This document shows positions 25,263-38,180 of a DNA stretch of 64,000 bases, one piece after another. Position 1 is the first letter of the stretch; each line of letters starts with the position of its first letter. The translations under genes and the position numbers were made by a program. The notes under the pieces are model-generated. The model searched no databases and was not told the origin of the DNA. It was given only the letters and a program-made list of their open reading frames with translations. The stretch comes from Antedon mediterranea (Eukaryota > Animalia > Echinodermata). The stretch covers positions 24,192,070 to 24,256,069 of the forward strand of contig NC_092671.1 in the NCBI RefSeq assembly GCF_964355755.1, in the 5' to 3' direction.

Positions 25263-26239
25263 AGTAGGCCTATCTGGTTATATGCTGTGGAAAGAACCCC
25301 CCCCCCCCCCTCCAATTTCTGTGATAATCGCATTTAAAACCAATTTTGTTTTGTATTGATAATTGACATACTGTTGAGAACTGATCGGTTATGAAAAAAT
25401 AATGATGAATATCGATTCAAAACTTCTTTAAACAGAGGGGGGGGGGGGGGGAGACATTCTTTCACAGGGGGGGTGACAATTTTAGATAGGCCATGAAAAC
25501 GAACCCCCCTCCAATTTCTATGATATTCTGATTTAAAACCAAATTTTGTTTGTATTGATATTTGACATAAAGAACTGATCAATTCCCGGATCAATTATGA
25601 AAAAATAATGATGAATATGATGAAAATCGATTCAGAACTTCTTTAAACAGCGGGGAGACATTCTTTCACAGGGGGTTGACAATTTTAGACAAGTAGGCCT
25701 ACCTCATGGTTATATGCTGTGGAAACGAACCCCCCTCCAATTTCTATGATAGTCGGACTATTTTTTTTGTATTTATATTTTTTTTTTGTCTTATGTAGGA
25801 TCAACCCACTTTTATTTCTTCATCAATAAAATGTTCTCTTACAATGCATTGCACATGAGTAATGTAATGATACAATACAATATAACTGACATTAAATAAC
25901 TTTCAGTACATCTGATATCTCACTCCTACCATTGCATTTTATATATAATAGTATAAGGAAAGAAGAAAAAAAAAAACTTTCCTCTATGTTATACACTCGT
26001 TTTTCAATCCTTAACAATGTAAGTATAATTTACCACAGAATTCTTTATTTTATAACTCTTTTTATCTTATTTAGGCAATCAAAAAAAGTTATATTTTACT
26101 TTACCTAAATATCAATTTTGTAAACGTTAATTTTATACCTTCCTAAATTGTTACGGTCCATATCTGACCACATTTTTTTTGCCTTTTCTTTATTATTACA
26201 ATTGATTATACCTTCTAATTCAGCAGTGAACATTAACCA

Positions 26240-26700
26240 TGGACATTTTCACGCTGCTGCTTTAGCCCGCTACGTTCCAGGAGGATGACTCATTAAGAAA
26301 CCGAAAGTAAAGCAGCAGTTATATATCTAAGGTTGACAGTTTTGCTAAAATGTATACTCGACTGTAATTTATAGGTACCACCAAAAAACGTCTGGGAAAG
26401 AGTCTTAACGGTTGAATGACAAATCCCAAAGTATTTGTGGTGTTTACGAGTCCCATGATATTATACAGTATAATTCGCTGTCAGATGATACTTCACACTT
26501 AATGAAGTATCTAGGCATGATGAAGTGACCCCCAGACTTGACCTTAGCAATAAAATAAACTAAAGTGATTGATATGAAACACAGACTCTGTAACAAAAAA
26601 ATAATATTTGTTCACATATAAAAAATGAAAGGAAACGTTTAATTATAACTCAAAAACCATTGTCTGACAGACAATTTAAGTATTTTTTGCATTAAATTAC
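26240..26700. repeat. Dispersed repeat; inverted copy at ~55560-56060
   Basis: tgaagtgacccccagacttgaccttagcaataaaa (26521) is the reverse complement of 55681-55715; similarity extends both ways. Confidence 0.75.
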
Positions 26701-27559
26701 ATTTTTTCAGGTAAAATAACTATCATGTGACAATAAAATGACACATTCAAACACAAATTTGAAATAAAAAATATTTTTCAGAGGGACAATATATCTTTAA
26801 AACTGTTACGTCAATAAGCGAGCAGCGTTTTTTGTAAGAAATATGTTTGTCTATGTTTGACTTTACTTTTATAAACACAGAAAGTTAAAATGGAAAATAT
26901 TTCATTAATTTTGACATCATATTTTCCAAGTGCAATTTTCTCCCACGTAACTTCCCGAGTAAATGCAAAACATGTTTTCAGCATAGCGCAACATTTTACC
27001 CAGCAATGTTTGACTTCTTTGTATTTATATTTGACATGGTGTTGAGAACTGATCAATTATGAAAAAATGAAGCAGAACTTGTTCTTTGTAAAACAGAGGG
27101 AGACATTCTGAAAATTGTATTATTATTATTGCGACATAAAAAAATAAAATTATGATTATAAAAAGGCCCTCGTAATATCCATGTTTATTTTTTTTTTATT
27201 TTTTAGGTAACTATGTGGTTCTGCTATAAGAGATGGGGGAGGGTCAGTCAAAAGAGAAAGTTTCAGCTTAGCTAAAATTTTCAACCTCCCCTCCAAGCCA
27301 GCGAAGATCAGTGAAGCGTGTAATCGTTGATTAAACATAAAAAACTCCCTTTTCGCGCATGCGTTAAGGGGGAGGGGGGGGGGGGGTTGGATTTCTTAGA
27401 AAATCTACGCCAAAAACACAATGGATGGCGCACTACTCCAATAAAATCTCCTATTATGGACAGAAAGTAACCTATTATAGACAGAAAAGTAACCTATTAT
27501 GGACCGATTTCACCAACCCCGCTCCAGCTTTCACAGTATTTAGGTATACTAGCAAATAA

Positions 27560-28205
27560 TCGAGGGCACTGTTTTACATGGAAGATATCAGTGGCTGCTT
27601 AGTCCTGTGTGATGAAAACTATTATAAGTAGGCCCATGCCTACTATATTGATTACTGCATTCTATTTTTGTATGAATAAGTTATTAATCTAATGTACATA
27701 TATGACCATTTCACTAAATTATTTAATAAAAAAAAAAAAGGAAAACGATCATGCGTCATTGTTGCGTTGTCTATTTGACAACTATAAATGGCGTGTTTTT
27801 TATAAAAGGGAAATCCCCGGTCAGCAAAAACATGTAGCTGTTATAGAGGAAACATCTGCCAAAACGAAACCCACTTGTAATTCGACCCCATAGCCCTCCT
27901 GCAGGGAGTTCTAAATTCAAACAATCTTATATATACAAATAAATGTACATAACTAAATAGAAATAATATTTACTTGACTATTATGTAATAAAATGAATTT
28001 TTTCTTAATTAAATGAGAATAAAAGACACAAACATACGTTTTCTCTATATGAATGTTAACAATAAATATGCCTAATTAAACAATGTTTAGAATCAATGGT
28101 CATTTATATTGGCACACATTTCTCCGAGACCTTTAAATTAAAAAAAAACTAATTCAAATAAATAAAAAAAACTCACACCGTCTGGAAGTCTTGCGCCATC
28201 AAATC
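27560..28205 (+). repeat. Internal fragment of the 57732-60030 element family
   Basis: gcgtgttt..aaaagggaaatcccc..tcagcaaaa, aaaagacaca and ttctccgagacct are shared with 59190-59790. Confidence 0.6.
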
Positions 28206-28366
28206 GGTAAGTAATAAGTAAGCCAACCCTGTATTGATGATGCAATACACAAACAAGCATATGATGCATACAGAAAGTTGATGACAACTGCTTAGCTGTT
28301 GATGGGCTACCACTTTCTTCATTTAAGACCCTTGTGAGGGTGCAGAAAACTATCATCAATATGGAT

Positions 28367-28447
28367 CCTTTACAGAGAATCCTAACAGACCTGAAACAGT
28401 GGAATACATATTTCCAAACCCAGGTCTGTTAGGATTCTCTGTAAAGG
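28367..28447. repeat. Perfect 27-bp inverted repeat with a 27-bp spacer
   Basis: CCTTTACAGAGAATCCTAACAGACCTG (28367-28393) / CAGGTCTGTTAGGATTCTCTGTAAAGG (28421-28447). Confidence 0.95.
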
Positions 28448-29825
28448 CAGCGTGGAAAGGAGATGAGGGTACCCAGGCTTAGGCCTAAGAGGTTGAGAAA
28501 AAAATCACGAGCGGGAATGTCATACGCCACCAATAGTTTGACTTTTCAATTCAATTCAAACATTTCATTCAAAACATTGCATTCAAAACATTTTATTCAA
28601 AACATTTCATTCAAAACATTCAATTCAAAGCATTCAATTCATATCGATGCATTTCATTCACATATCGCATCATAAAATTCATATCTTCGAAATGTTGCGT
28701 AAACGGCGTTCCATAGGAAATAGAATTCAGCACCATGCAACTTCTCTTGAAAATGAGGAAATTAATCTAAATCAAGTGCAATACATTTTAGATGGGTTAT
28801 GTAGAGATGCCATACAATTTGAACAATACTCGGAGTTGATGACTCTAATCAATCAAAAGTTTCGCAGAAAAGTTTCATGTTTCGTTTCCTGTTTCGTAGT
28901 GGTTGCATGATGCCCTCAATGTTTAAATTTAGTTAGACTGTACGCCAATTTGTCCTTACGCCTATTTTTGTCCTTTTTTTGCCCATACAGCAATTTGTTT
29001 ATTCACCAATGTGTTCATACGGCAATGTGTGTCTGTACGGCAATATTTGTTTGTCAATCGAGGAATTATGTCTTTAACGCTATTTGTTTGGCTGACCAAA
29101 GCAGAATTGTTCGTATGGCAACGTTTGTCTATTTTGGCCCTAATGGCCGCCCATATTACAGTGCTCCTCAGTGATGGGTCGCAGGCAAGAAAAACTGGAA
29201 ATGAGAAGGAGCTTGTAATGGTTCGATTATTAAAAAATGGCGGGCCAGTATATTTTGATGTTGCATTGGAGGACATGGACAGCTTTTGCAAGGTTTTAAT
29301 TTGTTCAGATCTCTTTTTTGCAGCATTGTACAATTTACAATGTTAAGCTTCTTTAATTATGATTCATTGCACTAATTGGTTTGGATCCAGACCAGCTTGT
29401 CCATCTGTATATTGGGGAAGCTGTTGTCAAAATCATTTTTGCAGAGTTCTGGAGTAATTTTGAAAAATATTGCAGGTGGAACCGTGATGACAATAATGTT
29501 TCACGTATTGGGTTGAACTGGGAATCTCTGGTGTTGTGGTGCCTGTCAATTTGTACAACAATTTCTGAACACTGAGTGAGAAGGAATCACTGATCAATGT
29601 GAAGTGTCTTTTTGCTTAACCGAACCCCAAGACGTAGATTTTGCAAGGTTTTAATTTTTTCAGATCTCTTTTTTGCAGCATTGTACAGTTTACAATGTTA
29701 AGCTTCTTTAATTGTGATTCCTATTGCACTAATTGGTTTGGAACCCACCGAATAAAATTGCAAGTTGTTGATTTTAACAGCTTTAATGAAGAGCAGTTGA
29801 TCAAAGAAATGTTACAGATATATTC

Positions 29826-31904
29826 TGTAATGTTGAGTTACATTTACAGATGGATCCTAACAAGGTGGAAGCTATACAAAAATTCCCAAGACCAACCAAT
29901 GTCCCAGAACTGCGTAGATTAATGGGATTGGTTAATTTTGTTAGGAAATTCACCCCAGATCTAGCAGATGAAACAAAGCCGATGCGTGATCAACTTAAGA
30001 AAGAGAAAAAGTGGATGTGGGACGTGATGCAGGAGCAAGCTTTTACTAAACTGAAAAAGAAGCTGTGCTCACCACCAGTACTAGCTCACTATAGTCCACA
30101 TCTAGCTACTAAAGTTTCTGCTGATGCATCATCATATGGACTTGGGGCAGTGTTGCTGCAAGAAACAGAGATGTGCTGGCGACCAGTCTTCTATGCTTCG
30201 AGATCGATGACCACAACAGAGCAGCGATATGCACAAGTTGAAAAAGAAGCTTTGGCTGCTACTTGGGCTTGTCAAAAATTTGCAGATTTCTTAGTTGGCT
30301 TACCAACGTTCACTATAGAAACAGATCGTCGCCCATTACTTGCACTTTTGAAGACAAAGGCTATTGATGAGCTTACTCCGAGAATCCAAAGATTTCGTAT
30401 GAGATTAATGAGATATACATACTGTATCAGATGAAATACACAGCTGGAAAAGACTTGACTACAGCTGATGCGCTTTCTCGAGCTCCAGTGGGACTTCCAG
30501 ATGAAAGTGAAGTTGAGTTGGCGGAGTCGACAGCTGCATTTGTGCATGAAGTAGTTACCAGCAACAACACAGAAATTAAACAAGATTAAAGAGGCACAAA
30601 TGGCTGATCCCGAATGCACACAGGTGATAAAATTTACCAAGGAGGGATGGCCCAAGAAAGGAAGAATCGACTCCAATCTTATTCCGTACTATCAAATTCG
30701 AGATGATCTTACAGAATTAGATGGATTGTTAATGTTTGGCACCAGACTTGTAATCCCGGATCCTCTAAGAGGTGACATCTTAAGTCGTATACATGCAGGA
30801 CATCAAGGGATCGTAAAATGCAGAGCTCTAGCTAAAATATTGGTTTGGTGGCCAGGGATTAGTAAGACAATCCAGAATCTAGTAGACAAGTGTACAGTAT
30901 GTGAAAAAGAAAAACGACAGCGACCAGAACCGTTGCAGCCGAGCAAAGTTCCAGAGTACCCAGTATTTTTGCTCGATTTGCAGACAATTATGGATTTCAC
31001 CATGAATGTAACAGTCCATACTTCCCACAAAGTAATGGCGAAGCCAAGAGGGCGGTTCAGACAATCAAGAACTTGCTGAAAAAAGCGGATGATCCATATA
31101 TGGCACTGTTAAATTACAGGGCAACACCATTACAATCAGGATTTAGCCCAGCTGTTAATGGGAAGGAAAATACGAACAAGAGTTCCTATTGTGACCAACA
31201 GCTTGACACCAGACTGGCCTCAATTCAACAAAATGATTGCAACAGACCAATCAAGAAAAGAGAAAATGAAAATGTCATTTGATAAAAAGCATAGAGCAAA
31301 AGAACTATCAAACTTACCTGTGGGAGAGAAAGTGTGGATAACACACCCAATGGAACGAAGTGGTACCGTACATCGTAGAGTTGCACCGAGATCCAAACTT
31401 CAACAGGAGTTACAAGGCGAAATCGAAAACACCTTAGTAGACGGTCAGAGCTGTATCCTCCGAGGATGCATCCAATACGGGAGGGATCGACCTTGCCCCC
31501 GGTGGCAGGTCAAAATAACAATGAATTGGATTTGTAATTTATGCAACAATGATTAAACTTAAATTGTTAACTACAAAAAATCAGATGACTTGTTTATAAT
31601 CCATATAACGGATGTATGACGTTAATTGTTGAGTTGGTGCTATAATTTTAAAAGAACAAAAGAAGATGCATGTTTAGTGTTTAAACTTCTATTAGCATAT
31701 TTATTTACAACCTTGTTTTACGAGTTCCTCCAAAGAAAGGGAGATGTAATGTTGAGCTACATTTAGGCTATAGCGCCACCTATAGACGAATGTCAAATAA
31801 ATAGGTCGTTGGCCTAGCGATGTAAAACGTGTACATGAGCATATTTATTGTTGTACTAAAACATCATTATAAAGCCTTCCAGCGTCCAGTGAGAGACGTC
31901 CACA
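29826..31904 (+). mobile_element. Gypsy (Metaviridae) LTR retrotransposon, internally deleted, TATTC TSD
   Basis: RT-RH linker and RNase H (ADASSYGLGAVLLQ, EKEALA); integrase HHCC (HAGHQG..CTVC); PPT AAGAAAGGGAGA; 160-bp 3' LTR at 31745-31904 (TG..CA). Only ~21 bp of the 5' LTR remain at 29826. TATTC at 29821-29825 and 31905-31909. Confidence 0.92.
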
Positions 31905-32799
31905 TATTCGATAATTTAGTTTTTCAACTTGGTCTTATACAACATTGTAGACTAATTCCAGATTCAGGCCAATGATTGCAACACATTAACACTAATTTTA
32001 ATACTCATTTTTATACATAATGCATAATTCCAGACCAATTTGTATATTGGGGAAGCTGTTGTCAAAATCATTTTTGCAGAGTTCTTAATTAATTTTGAAT
32101 AATACTGCAGGTGGAACCGTGATGATAATAATGTTTCACGTATTGGGTTGAACTGGGAATCTCTGGTGTTGTGTAAGGAATAATTGGTAAACCCTTATCG
32201 AAAGTAATGTCTCATACACTGATGCATACTCTTAACACCCTGAGCGGAATCTGCTATTGTGACATGGATACCAAAAACAACACCCTACCGTAAAAGTTCC
32301 TTTCCATCTGAAGTGTGTATTTGAGTCAGCATTATCTGCAACCTATTTTTCTAATGTTGGAAGGTATAATAAAATACAATCGCGTTTGGATTTTTGAATA
32401 CATTTAATTTTAAGATAGTATTTGTACATTTTAACTGTTGTTTTTCCCACCAAATTGGACGCCATATTGGATTCTGGCATGATGATGTCATTGTTATCGA
32501 CTCGATTTATCAACTACTATGAGAAGTAGTTATTAAAGTAAGCCTCAGCTAATTTTAATCATAATAACACAACTCCAAGTAAAAAAACGTGAATTGGTTT
32601 CCCTATCCCCTATATATAGGCATTTGCGCGTGTTATATAGGCCAAAATTCAAAAGTGCTGTAAAAAATTTCCCCAAGACCCTGGAATGGGGATTTTTTTT
32701 CTTACATTCTATATGGTATACTCTATCAGAAAAACCCCCAAAAAAGCTTTTTTCCCGCAAAATTTGTACTGCAAATCAACAAACGACATAGTGCAATAA

Positions 32800-34417
32800 A
32801 TGCAAAGTTGCAAGGTATCATCCTGAAGCACTAAAGAGATTCGCAATTCCTGGAAATAACTTGTCCTTATTACAAGTTTGTAACAATTATCTCCTCTCTA
32901 TCTATGCAATTTGAGAGAGGAGACATTCAAATTTTTTAAGTCATGCCTTACCTTGAAACAACAAAGATGCGGTTGCAAGATTTGATAGAGGAGGAAAATG
33001 CATCCACACTTGTCACAACAGCTGGCTACACCTATAGCAATGATAACATAATCTCTCGAGAATCGAGAATTTGTTTCAGTTTCTTATGACAGAATGAAAC
33101 TGACACAGAGGCGACCTGCTGCTACATTGCAGACCACCACCAACACATTGAAAGAAAATTCTGCCACTGGGTTGACACAGTGCATTGATAATCGATTTAC
33201 TTCTTTCAACCATAGTATTTACACACATGTACATCCTGGTTAATCCAGCCAATTGGAGAGAGGATTCAGAATCTGAATTAGAAGCAATGAGTTTTGTCTC
33301 GGATCAATTTGCAAATACTTTAGAAGCTCCTAGTTTTGACCACTCCAAAGTCAAGAGAGAGTGGAAAAGCTTGAAGATTGTATACAAGAACTTTTACCAA
33401 GGAATGTCGACTAAAGAACTGTGGCAAAAAGTACTTGAATTCAGGAAACATGAGTTGCTAGTTGAAATAGTGATGGCCATGAGAGTAAGCAATAGCACTG
33501 TGGAGCACGGCTTCAGCACGCTCACAGCAATGCTTTCGGATAGAAGGTTGTCACTTCAACATAACACCATGGAGAATCTTCTTCTAATTAAAGCGAACGA
33601 TGGCCTCTGGTCAAAAGTGGAAAAAGATGAAATTATTGATTATGCACTAAATCATTACAATGCAGACCAAGTGACGAAAGCTATTACAACAGGAAATCTA
33701 TGTGTTCCCTGCAACCAGAAATAGACATGAGTCAAGTAAAGAGGAAGAATCAAATGATTCTTCTAGTGACAGTGGGGATTCCAAGCCAGAATTAATGGAG
33801 ATGCTGTATTCTGATAGTGAAGAGACCAGCACATACAGTAGCTTCTGACTCCTCATTTTGACTTTACTTAAACTCGGCTGTCTTAAAGTATTAAACCAGT
33901 ATATCAGATTTTAGTACAATAGTTTTAATATTATGTTTCTTGAATTTTCTATTGTGACAAAATAGAATTTTAATCTACCCCTTTTTAAACTCTAAGCTGA
34001 TATAATCACACTGTCTGCTGTCTTATCATCATGCATGTTTAGTTTCACATGTTTGCTTGGTCAGTAAACCACAGACTGACTATACTATTGAAGGGGTAGT
34101 CTTCTCTGGTTGATTGTATAGTGTATTTAATAAGTACTTATAAGTATTTATTTTGTACTTTTTGTACCACAAACATTGATCCAAGTTCATTCATTCATGA
34201 TCAAATCAATAAAGTTTGTTTTCAAGGTATACTATTGTTGGTAATATTTTTTGGGATGTTTTGAGGTTAAGACTAACAAAATCTTGCGATAACCTTTTGA
34301 CGTATTTTCTTCAGAAAAAAAAAACCAGAATTATTTATTAGGTGAGCAATTGCTCTCCACAAAAATTTGAGGAGAGCAATTTAGAGCTCTTCTGCGTTTT
34401 ACATAAACGAAGGACTG
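32800..34417 (+). mobile_element. hAT transposon 3' remnant
   Basis: ORF 33185-33724 carries the hAT dimerisation motif (LVEIVMAMRVSNSTVEHGFSTL..DRRLSL..MENLLLI). Putative right terminus ...AACGAAGGACTG (CAG on the minus strand) at 34417. Left end not found. Confidence 0.78.
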
Positions 34418-34422
34418 ATTAT

Positions 34423-34529
34423 TTAAGATGCTGACTCTATCAGATCCCACAAATAATTAGTGATAAAAAATGAAGAATTTTGACGTGCATCCAGGAAAAA
34501 TGGACGAACATCTTTGGCAGTTGATACAT
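34423..34529 (-). CDS. SPC24: SPC24 coding exon 5
   Basis: U12 branch point TTTCCTTAAT then ccattattcAG|; [14 protein letters not shown]...[13 protein letters not shown]. Confidence 0.92.
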
Positions 34530-37500
34530 CTGAATAATGGATTAAGGAAAATCTATACTTTGTGTAAATTTTGTTTTATCTTTTTATAATGGTTTTGCGG
34601 CTACACAAATTCACCATGTCCATGCTTAATGTGAAAATCCCACACATTTTCAAGTGATGTCATTCACAATAACATTCTTATCTATTCCTGATTATAATTT
34701 ATTATTTATAACACTGTACAGTATACTATTGCAAAAATATAATTAGTATTTACCTGAAAAAAAACATTACCGTTTTTACGGTTAAATACATTGTATACAT
34801 TATATAAATAATTATTAGTCTGTTACTATGTAAGGATACATCCTTTGATTTCCTCTGGCTCACAGTCATACTCCCAACAAATTTTAGAGATATTTTTATA
34901 TAAGCTGATAATGTATCTGAAAAGAAATTAGTTATAGAAATTAATAATGAATAGGGCAGTTTATCTTCACAAAAAAAAAAACAACTCACAGTTAATATCT
35001 TACATTTTCAAATTATCAGTGTGATTTTGATTTTGTTTTTTAATTGAAATAACGCATTTGTAATGTTTGCGTGTAATTTAATTTTATCTAATACTAATAT
35101 AACCAATTGTAGGAACAAATAAATAGACATGGTGATTTATGTACTCAACTAAAATTAGCATCCTAAGAATTACTTCTGAAAGAAAAACTTGTCACAAAAT
35201 GAGACCAATTTTTTTAGTCAAATTTAAACAAACTTAATTTGTGCTTAGTATGTAACATTAGTGTTGAGGGATGAGGATGGGAGAAAAGAGGAACAATTCT
35301 TAAATATATTCTTTATTCATTGAGTATTGAAATCTTTTGCAAATTGTTTGCCATAGAGCGAAGTGTAATGAATGACCACTGCCAGACCCCATTTCAGGAG
35401 GGCCAAAATTGAGCTAGATCAACTCAAAGGTTAACCCTCAAAAACTGGTGTAATTTCCATACATTGTTATGTACATAGATAATTGCCACATGCATAGAAA
35501 TTGGTTAACTTTCCAGCTTGGCTGACCACTCTGTTAACTTTTCAGCTGATCTAGATCATTTTTTTCACCCTTTACAATGTCCCTCCTAGCCACACCCACC
35601 AAAATAAATGCGCCAGACTGTTATTTTTATTAATCGTCAATAAATAATTATATAACTCGACTTAATTAGTAGGCCTAATGGTATTCAATTGTTTCTTAGA
35701 GCCAATTCATACTTAAGTTGGTTCCTTAATCGACCAAAGTTGTTCTGCGTTTAGGGCATGTGATCCTTCGTACTGTATCCTATACTGGCTTTACAATGCT
35801 ACATATGCCATTGAGGGGGAGGGTGTTGGTGTGGGTGGTGGTTTAACTGCAATAATAAAGTTAATTGTATAGATATAGACAGCGACTAAAGCGCTAGCTC
35901 ATTATCTGTTTAAAAAATGCATATATCCAACCTTTGCAGCATATATTTAAAAAAATGGATCAAATTTCTGTTATGAGTGTACTTGTCTTTTTGTGTTATT
36001 GCGACGCCTGAGGGAATAGACAATTGGCCAGTCATCAAAATTATGATGCTGTACTCAAGCTCAATCGGTCTTCGAACGAAAGTTGGAATACGACAATTGA
36101 CAACATTTTACTACATTTGGCCAATCACAGTTCATTATTTATGGTCATATTTTCTGTTATGTATTTGACCTGATAATGAAGCTCCACCTACTTCAATAAT
36201 CTGGGTGACAAAAACATAAATCAAGCCATTATTTCCAAATTATGTCTCAGTCACAAATAAAGGTTGATACTCATGAGAAACTGAGGGTATGTTCAGACTC
36301 ACGGAGTTACGGTGGAGTTATGCAAGCGGCGTACATATTTTTGTGTCTGAACCATGCCGCGGATTAGCGTTAGGGAGCTGTTACTCCGCGCCAGTGGCGT
36401 TAATAACTCTAGCGGGAGAGGGTAGATTTCATAACGCTAATCCAGTGATGCATCAGTGATTTTAACCTTAACCAATGAAAATACATGACCACGATTAGCA
36501 GACAGCAACTACATACCCGTACCCTATGATACGACAGCGAAATAGCCATGTCAAATGTATTTTCAGGTTCAGATTTTAAAGAACAGTAAAGTTGGCGTCA
36601 GTGATATGATATTTTTAGTCGCGTGGAAGCGACTCTATAGTTCACTATGTCGGTCGGTCGGTCTGTCTGTCGGTCCGGTATCACTATGCGTTTTATCGCT
36701 TTCTGACCTTATCTTGATATCAGTTTAATCTAGCTAGGTCAATTTTTCACAGTATATTCCTTATGGCCAGGAATCAATGTGGTTATGTTTTCACGGTGCG
36801 CAATAAAAAATTACGCGGTCTACGCACAATTTAACGAAATCACGTTTGTAATCATATCTTCACAACCATGATTCACAATTAAATAAAATTTGGTACTCAT
36901 AAATTTCAGGGCATAAATCATCATATGGCAATACAATTACGTGCGTAGCGCATGTAACGCATGCGTACGCGCGCTTAAAATTTTCAAAATTTATTTTCGA
37001 TGAAATAAGAGTACATTTCAGGCAATTTTAAGCGTTTACAAAATTGCCATGAGTGCGCATATTTTTGCGCTCGCTAAATGTTATTGCGCACTCTTTTTGC
37101 CCGATTTCTGTTTTCTTGACTTACTTTTCAACTCGAAATTACGTTATACGAGCACGTCGAAAGTGACAGGCTACGCACGTGTAAATTAAAAAAATATAAA
37201 TGTTTTTAAACATTTCAACATTTTTAAAGTGGAGGTGTACTCAGGGCTTTTCCTTCAGTTATTTACTCCAGTATATTAATATTAGTAGGTACAAACATAA
37301 AAAATCATATCAAAATAAACAGTTTCTGAGAAATCAGAAAAATAAAAAAATGTTTAAAAATATCGAAAAATCGCTGTGTATTTTTTTCAGCAGTTAGGTA
37401 ATGACCTTAGTTGTAAAGGTCACGTTACCGTGTTATGTTATGTCACGTCTCCTCTCTCTCTCCTCGATATCGCTCGAGCTGTCAAGTCGCGCTACTACAC

Positions 37501-38145
37501 GTGTATCATTTTCCTCTCATCACAGTACACATCCGATCGAACGAACATTTTATTATTGTCTTGCATTTTGTTATTACTTTTTGCGTCTACTCTTAGCTTC
37601 AAAATTAAGCACTGTATGGTATATAAGTGCCATAACAAGTCACATAGAGATAAGGACGTCAGTTATCATCGCATGCCGCTGAAAAACAAGCAATTGATGA
37701 AGAAGTGGCTTGAAGCCTTGAAACTTAAAAATCCGCCACAGAAAGGGATCTGCAGTGCCCACTTCGCGGAGGATGTACGGAGACAAGGGTAGAAAGACGA
37801 TTCGCCCTGATGCTGTTCCAACACTGCATCTTGGCTATAAGATTCAATCGAGGTCGGAATCTTTTCGAACATCTAGCGTCAGCAGGCTTATGCCTAGTAC
37901 ATCATTATTTGAAGAAAATATTGAGGTATTTACTTTTATGTTTTGTTTATTAATTATAAATTTATAATATAATAAATAATAATTTCACGCTGATGGTAGG
38001 TATCTAATCTACTAGCCTATTTAGTATTATAATGGATAGCTAGGGCCTAGGCCTAGCCAGTATAGAATAGTTAATATAGGACTAGCCTATATTATACTAT
38101 AATACTATACTACTCACTTGTCGGCCAGCTAGGCCTAATAATACT

Positions 38146-38180
<35 letters not shown>

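Larger units (their letters stand above)
23745..27110 (+). repeat. ~180-205-bp tandem repeat with variable G/C tracts, interrupted by insertions
   Basis: GAACTTCTTTAAACAGAGGGGG..ACATTCTTTCACAGGGG..GATAGGCCATGAAAACGAACCCCCTCC units at ~23.75-24.78 kb (~5-6), 25.29-25.75 kb (~2.5), with a remnant at ~27.02-27.11 kb. Confidence 0.88.

Noticed and set aside
32180-32300. HECT-like coding remnant on the minus strand
   Set aside because: Too short and degenerate to support without a search.
33185-33724. Host ZNF862/ZBED-like gene
   Set aside because: Only the C-terminal hAT portion is present; upstream sequence is broken by stops and frameshifts.
37376-37967. Domesticated THAP transcription factor
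   Set aside because: Frameshifted, start codon apparently lost, and enclosed by TIRs and a TTAA TSD.
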